A stretch of 20,000 bases of DNA from an uncultured Rhodopirellula sp. (GTDB taxonomy: Bacteria > Planctomycetota > Planctomycetia > Pirellulales > Pirellulaceae): contig CAXGAI010000022.1 of NCBI GenBank assembly GCA_964007735.1, positions 55,339 through 75,338 of the forward strand. The letters run 5' to 3'. A program made the translations under genes and the position numbers. Numbering within the stretch: position 1 is the first letter of the stretch; each line of letters opens with the position of its first letter. Positions 15,832 through 20,000 of the stretch are shown piece after piece. The notes below the pieces were generated by a model. That model was given only the letters and a program-made list of their open reading frames with translations, was not told the origin of the DNA and made no database searches.

Positions 15832-17391
15832 ATGAAGCGAAGACAATTTCTTGGTGCAAGTGCAGGTGTATTGGCGACCGGTTCCGTGGTGTCTGGTACC
15901 ACAAGTCAAGAGGCGGGTAATCTGTCAGTGGCGGCTAATGATGTTTATGCCATGGGACAACGCCGGGAATTGTTCATCGATGACTTTATGGTCGATGTTC
16001 TTGAAGGTGAGTTAAGCTATCGCCTTCATTCCCCTCAGGCGGAGGAGATGGTGATTCGACAGGACAAGCCCTGGGAGGGCAACGCAAGTAGTTACCACAC
16101 CGTATTTAAAGATGGCGACACTTACCGGATGTATTACCGGGGACATAATTTCGACATGTCCGGCGGCACACTAAAGTTTACTCACGGAGAATGCACCTGC
16201 TATGCCGAGAGTGCAGATGGTATTCATTGGGAGAAGCCTGAATTAGGTCTCTTTGAGTTCGCAGGAAGTAAGAAAAACAATATTGTTTGGATGGGGCCGG
16301 GGAGTCACAATTTTAGCCCCTTTGTCGATCAGCGCCCGGATTGTCCTGAAGAGGAACGCTTAAAAGCAACGGGCGGTTTGGCCCATAATGGTGGCATGCG
16401 ACTCTTTAAGTCCGCAGACGGCAAACGCTGGACACCAGTCGGTGATGAAGGGGTGATCACCGTGGGGGCATTCGATTCGGCCAATATTGCGTTCTGGGAT
16501 AAGTCGCTTGGGAAATACCGAGCGTACTATCGTATCTTCACGGGAGGAACGACGACCGCTAAGGTTTGGAAGCCAGGGGGGATTCGGGCGATACGAACGG
16601 CGGTTTCGGATGACCTCATTCATTGGGAAGGTTTTCAGGATTTAACCTACGGTGATTCACCGCCGCAGCAAATGTATACGAATAATGTAATTTCTTATGA
16701 TCGGGCGCCGCATATTCTAGTCGGGTTTCCTATGCGGTATGTCGAACGCGGGTGGAGTCCGACGATGAAGGCATTACCGGACCTGCAGAACAGGGAGTTG
16801 CGTTCGGAAGCGCATGTGCGTTATGGAACGGCGCTGACAGAAACTCAAATCATGACTAGTCGAGATGGTGTCAGATTCAAGCGTTGGGATGAAGCGTTCT
16901 TGCGGCCGGGCGTGGAACGCAGTGACTCCTGGTATTACGGCCATAACAACGTTGCCTGGAATATTGCATTAACATCAAGTCGTTTTGAAAATGCAGAAGA
17001 TGAACTGAGTTTTTATGCCGAGTCCGGTGGATGGCATGGAGCAGGCAAGATTCTGACTCGACACTCATTGCGACAAGACGGCTTTGTTTCGGTGCATTCA
17101 ACTCTCAAGGGTGGTCGTTTAACCACGCGGCCGCTCACGTTTTCCGGCAGTGAGTTGGAACTGAATCTTAGTACCTCGGCGCTCGGCTATGTCAAAGTGG
17201 AATGCCTGACAGCTGAGGGGACGGTTGTTGATACGTTTGGTTTAGATCAGGCAGATGAGACTTTTGGGGATGCACTGAGCCGGAAAGTGACTTGGGACGG
17301 CTGGTCCGGATTGAAGAAACTGTCTGGTAAGCCAGTTCGTCTGCGTTTCACGCTTAGTGATGCAGACCTTTACAGCTTTAAATTTGTCTAA
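15832..17391 (+). CDS. Tat-exported five-bladed beta-propeller glycoside-hydrolase-like protein (planctomycete conserved family)
   Basis: MKRRQFLG twin-arginine signal and RRELFIDD. DKPWEG, YRMYYRG, and repeated Asp-box-like SxDGxxW motifs (SADGIHW, SADGKRW, SDDLIHW, SRDGVRF). FDSAN..FWD, LRQDGFVS and C-terminal GKPVRLRF..ADLYSF. The ATG directly follows the upstream TAG. Confidence 0.75.
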   Translation: MKRRQFLGASAGVLATGSVVSGTTSQEAGNLSVAANDVYAMGQRRELFIDDFMVDVLEGELSYRLHSPQAEEMVIRQDKPWEGNASSYHTVFKDGDTYRMYYRGHNFDMSGGTLKFTHGECTCYAESADGIHWEKPELGLFEFAGSKKNNIVWMGPGSHNFSPFVDQRPDCPEEERLKATGGLAHNGGMRLFKSADGKRWTPVGDEGVITVGAFDSANIAFWDKSLGKYRAYYRIFTGGTTTAKVWKPGGIRAIRTAVSDDLIHWEGFQDLTYGDSPPQQMYTNNVISYDRAPHILVGFPMRYVERGWSPTMKALPDLQNRELRSEAHVRYGTALTETQIMTSRDGVRFKRWDEAFLRPGVERSDSWYYGHNNVAWNIALTSSRFENAEDELSFYAESGGWHGAGKILTRHSLRQDGFVSVHSTLKGGRLTTRPLTFSGSELELNLSTSALGYVKVECLTAEGTVVDTFGLDQADETFGDALSRKVTWDGWSGLKKLSGKPVRLRFTLSDADLYSFKFV

Positions 17392-17453
17392 GTGGACGAG
17401 AATTCCGAAGGTTGAAAGCGATTAAATGTAAAGGGGGGCGTCTACAGCGACTA

Positions 17454-17636
17454 TTATCCCCGAGAACGACGTGAGCCACTGGGATTTCGGCGAGCTCGGG
17501 ATGCTCCACCACTACCCCGGCGGTTACCACTTGCCCCTCCGCGAGACTCGTTGCCTCCATCGCGACCTCTTCGTGATGCACCACTACCTCGGCGGTTACC
17601 ACTTCCTCCTCCACGCGATTCGCCTCCTCCGTCGCG
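17454..17636 (-). CDS. Orphan C-terminal Arg/Gly/Ser-rich tail of a gene whose 5' part is missing (DEAD-box helicase or RNA-binding-protein-like tail)
   Basis: RDGGGESRGGGSGNRRGSGASRRGRDGGNESRGGASGNRRGSGGASRARRNPSGSRRSRG followed by tandem stops TAA TAG. Its CGN/GGT/AGT codons match the left-hand genome. Upstream of 17636 this frame is only an off-frame reading of the MFS gene. Confidence 0.55.
   Translation of the reverse strand, partial: RDGGGESRGGGSGNRRGSGASRRGRDGGNESRGGASGNRRGSGGASRARRNPSGSRRSRG
17500..17636. repeat. Imperfect two-copy tandem repeat, ~72-nt period, coding for the RG-rich peptide
   Basis: ccactaccccggcggttaccacttgcccctccgcgagactcgttgcctccatcgcg versus ccactacctcggcggttaccacttcctcctccacgcgattcgcctcctccgtcgcg; the two copies end at 17564 and 17636. 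Confidence 0.8.
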
Positions 17637-17932
17637 TCGGCGTACATCGCGGTCGCCGCGGAGGCAGCAGCGATCATCAGCAGGCCCAGCTGTAGGGCCG
17701 GCTTCCTGCCGAAACGATCTCCTAGAGCGCCCATAACGAGGAGCGTCCCACCGAATATCAAGGCGTACGCGTCCAATATCCACTGCAGCTCTGTGTTGTC
17801 CGCACTGAGGTCCTTCGAGAGCTCGGGCAGGGCCACGTTCAGGGTCACGTTGTTGAACATGACAATAATCAGGCTCAGGCTCATTACGCCAAGTATGGCC
17901 CAGCGCTTCTCGTGACCGCCCACCACACCCAT
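17624..17932 (-). pseudogene. N-terminal ~100 aa of a DHA2 (EmrB/QacA-like) MFS transporter, truncated at the junction
   Basis: From ATG 17932: KRWAILGVMSLSLIIVMFNNVTLNVALPEL, LQWILDAYALIFGGTLL and MFS motif A GALGDRFGRK. Similarity stops after ADATEE, where an 'LIxxR' helix is expected. Downstream, the frame is the off-frame reading of the RG repeat. The truncation may be an assembly artefact rather than true pseudogenisation. Confidence 0.8.
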
Positions 17933-17954
17933 AGGCAGTCGAAAACAAACCCCC

Positions 17955-17978
17955 CCATCAATACACAGGTTTTGAAAC
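17955..17978. promoter_or_regulatory. Putative back-to-back archaeal TATA-like boxes for leaderless divergent transcripts
   Basis: TTTTGAAA (17970-17977, +) lies 22-29 nt upstream of ATG 17999. TATTGAT (-, ~17963-17957) lies ~25-31 nt upstream of ATG 17932. No clear Shine-Dalgarno sequence precedes either start. Confidence 0.4.
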
Positions 17979-17998
17979 ACGAACTGGCCGCGGGCATC

Positions 17999-19798
17999 AT
18001 GGGCAGACGCTCAGCGGCACTCTCGCTCGTGGTGCTGCTCCTGGCAGGGACTCTCTCGGGGTGCATATTCTCCGAGGAGGAGGGACGACCGCCCGCATCC
18101 GATGAAACCCAGTATCCCTCCATATGGGACAGGCACGCACTGCAATGGGAGACGTCCGGAACATACAGCCTCGTGCTCGACCCCGGGCCATACGGGGCAC
18201 TCGAGGTCCAGGAGGCGATGGTCTCCGTGGACACGTCCACCGTATGGGAGACAGGGCCAAGCACCTCCGAGGTGCACATCTCGTATTGGCTCCCGAACAA
18301 CACCCAGGCCGGGGACAAGGTACCCGTGATAGCGATAGTCTCGCCATACTTCTCCTATGGCCAGCCAGGCGACGAGTCGTCCCCGACAAACGTGGTCAGC
18401 GCAGGCCGCGGCGAGTTCATCTTCGAGAACTTCGTACCCCATGGCTACGCATTCGCGCAGGTTGCTGTTTTTGGCACAGAGGAGAGCAGTGGCTGCTTCG
18501 ACTACAGGGGCGCGGGCGAGGGACTGGGGATACACTCGGCGGTGGAGTGGCTTGGGACACAGGAGTGGAGCAACGGGAACGTCGGCCTGTACGGCAAGTC
18601 CTACGAGGGTGCGACCCAGTGGGAGGCCGCGGCAATCGGAAGCGAGCACCTCAAGACGATCGTCCCGATCTCCGGAACCACCGCACTGCACCCACTGCTT
18701 TACAAGAACGGCAGTGCGGAGGCGAGATCCCAGATCATGCACATGAACTACTTCTCGAGCACGGTCGACTACAACGAGGACGACTTCGACAACGTGTGCC
18801 CTGACATAGCAGAGGGCCTGTTCGCAGGTCCAGTAACTTACGTCGCGGGCGAGATGGATCCCTACATGGACAACTACTACGACGAGAGGAGCCACATCGA
18901 CAAGGCATTCCAGAACTGGAACGGCAGCATATACTGGGTGCAGGGGATGCAGGATTGGAACGTCGACCCCCACCAGGTCTTCGGCGGCCCCCTGGGGACG
19001 AACTGGTACCAGGCCTACGTGGACGCGGGGTTCGAGGTACGAAGCATCCTCGGCCAGTGGGGCCACCATTACCCGGATCAGGTGAGCAGCCACGATGGCG
19101 TAGACTCCGGCTATGGGTACGAGGCCCTGCACAACATGACGAGGTGGGACTGGGGTCAGGACCTGTTCGAGTGGTTCGAGTACTACCTGCAGGAGAGGGG
19201 GCCAAAGCCATCACTGGACGCCCAGATACAGAGGAACGACGGTCAATGGAGGATAGAGGAGACATGGCCTCCAGTGGACCGCGAGCCGTTCACGCTCGAA
19301 CTAGCCGACTGCGTGAACGATGGGGCGTTCGTAGGGGGAGGAGCCCCCGTGGTAGGGGGTGGGCAGACAGTCACAGTCGAGTGCCCCTCGATAAACGAGG
19401 ATATGGATCTGCACATCTCAGGACTCCCAACGCTGCACCTGTCGGCAGTGCCCACTTTCGACGGCGGTCAGGTATTCATCGAGATGCAGGACGCCGAGAC
19501 GGGCATGAGAATAGGGCACGCGACAATGGACGTGCGCTACCACGCGGGCGGCTACGACCCCCAGACGGTCGTACCAGGACAGCAGATCACCATGATGATG
19601 GAGTTCCAGGGGATAGATGCGCTACTCCCAGCCGGACACGGACTCCGGTTCGTATTCTCGGACACAGGAGAGGACTACCTAGCTCCCGCATGCGGGAGCA
19701 TATGCACCGTCCACATCCTTCCATCGCTATCGACGTTCGAGGCCCCCTTGGTCTACCGTGACCCCGCCAACGCGCTAATGGTGCCCATGGCTCAGTAG
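17999..19798 (+). CDS. Lipoprotein CocE/NonD (Xaa-Pro dipeptidyl-peptidase S15) family hydrolase, archaeal (MGII-like) type
   Basis: Start ATG 17999: MGRRSAALSLVVLLLAGTLSG-C22 (lipobox). SPY motif, GTEESSGC, AVEWLGTQEWSNGNVGLYGKSYEG (GxSYxG, 18593-18610), QGMQDWNV, GQWGH, WFEYYL and C-terminal LPAGHGLR. Confidence 0.9.
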   Translation: MGRRSAALSLVVLLLAGTLSGCIFSEEEGRPPASDETQYPSIWDRHALQWETSGTYSLVLDPGPYGALEVQEAMVSVDTSTVWETGPSTSEVHISYWLPNNTQAGDKVPVIAIVSPYFSYGQPGDESSPTNVVSAGRGEFIFENFVPHGYAFAQVAVFGTEESSGCFDYRGAGEGLGIHSAVEWLGTQEWSNGNVGLYGKSYEGATQWEAAAIGSEHLKTIVPISGTTALHPLLYKNGSAEARSQIMHMNYFSSTVDYNEDDFDNVCPDIAEGLFAGPVTYVAGEMDPYMDNYYDERSHIDKAFQNWNGSIYWVQGMQDWNVDPHQVFGGPLGTNWYQAYVDAGFEVRSILGQWGHHYPDQVSSHDGVDSGYGYEALHNMTRWDWGQDLFEWFEYYLQERGPKPSLDAQIQRNDGQWRIEETWPPVDREPFTLELADCVNDGAFVGGGAPVVGGGQTVTVECPSINEDMDLHISGLPTLHLSAVPTFDGGQVFIEMQDAETGMRIGHATMDVRYHAGGYDPQTVVPGQQITMMMEFQGIDALLPAGHGLRFVFSDTGEDYLAPACGSICTVHILPSLSTFEAPLVYRDPANALMVPMAQ

Positions 19799-19829
19799 GT
19801 TTGATGTCAGAGGACGCGGAGGATAGCGC

Positions 19830-20000
19830 ATGTCACTGCCCCGCAGGGCCATGGAGCAGATGGGTTTCGCGATATGCTGCCTCTTCTGCGACGCACCCGA
19901 CATAGCCGGTACCGAGAGGTGCAAGAAGTGCATCTCGGCCCATACCAGATCCAGAGACAGGCTCTCCGGACAGGCGACCACCAAGGCGGACAGGCTCTCA
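19830..20000 (+). CDS. Cys-rich (putative Zn-binding) hypothetical protein, runs off the window
   Basis: Not in the ORF track. GGAGG RBS at 19818-19822, then MSLPRRAMEQMGFAICCLFCDAPDIAGTERCKKCISAHTRSRDRLSGQATTKADRLS, with two CxxC pairs. The frame is open to the window edge. Confidence 0.7.
   Translation, partial: MSLPRRAMEQMGFAICCLFCDAPDIAGTERCKKCISAHTRSRDRLSGQATTKADRLS

Noticed and set aside
17500..17636. Repeat as CRISPR array or mobile-element end
   Set aside because: Only two degenerate copies with a codon-multiple period and mostly synonymous or conservative differences. There are no spacers, cas genes or transposase.
17378..17980. 200-aa ORF as a genuine MFS fusion with an acidic/His repeat tail (EEEVVTAEVVVHHEE)
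   Set aside because: The tail is the alternative-frame reading of the RG-rich repeat beyond the junction. A three-helix MFS fragment is not a plausible intact transporter.
14161..19798. Two CocE/NonD hydrolases as a tandem duplication or functional cluster
   Set aside because: They are highly divergent, differ in composition and lie on opposite sides of the probable chimeric junction.
17884..19984. Long overlapping alternative-frame and antisense ORFs (18011..19132, 18124..18804, 18955..19761 and others)
   Set aside because: These are shadow ORFs expected in GC-rich coding DNA. They are Arg/Pro/Gly-biased with no motifs and overlap a well-supported gene.

Overview
The window joins two DNA sources. 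Bases 1-~17630 look like a planctomycete (Pirellulales-like) genome. They carry a PSCyt1/DUF1549 cytochrome-c-domain protein (runs off the left edge), a TPR-TlpA thiol oxidoreductase and a GDPD. They also carry two back-to-back divergent DUF1592+DUF1552 pairs, a CocE/NonD hydrolase and a Tat-exported beta-propeller glycoside-hydrolase-like protein. Two genes that the ORF track splits or truncates appear to be single exported thioredoxin-fold selenoproteins, each with an in-frame UGA at the catalytic Cys position: 2807-3805 (+), C-x7-U / W-U-P-G, and 13961-12825 (-), U-P-S-C plus a C-terminal SHD1 domain. Each UGA is followed by candidate SECIS hairpins, and the two genes flank the DUF1592/DUF1552 block pointing inward. 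At ~17624-17636 the sequence switches to higher-GC DNA with archaeal features, resembling Marine Group II/Poseidoniales. That segment holds a truncated MFS transporter, a lipoprotein S15 peptidase and a Cys-rich conserved protein. Genes on both sides of the switch are broken at a ~13-nt microhomology, most likely an assembly chimera. All family and taxon assignments are from motif recognition, not database searches.
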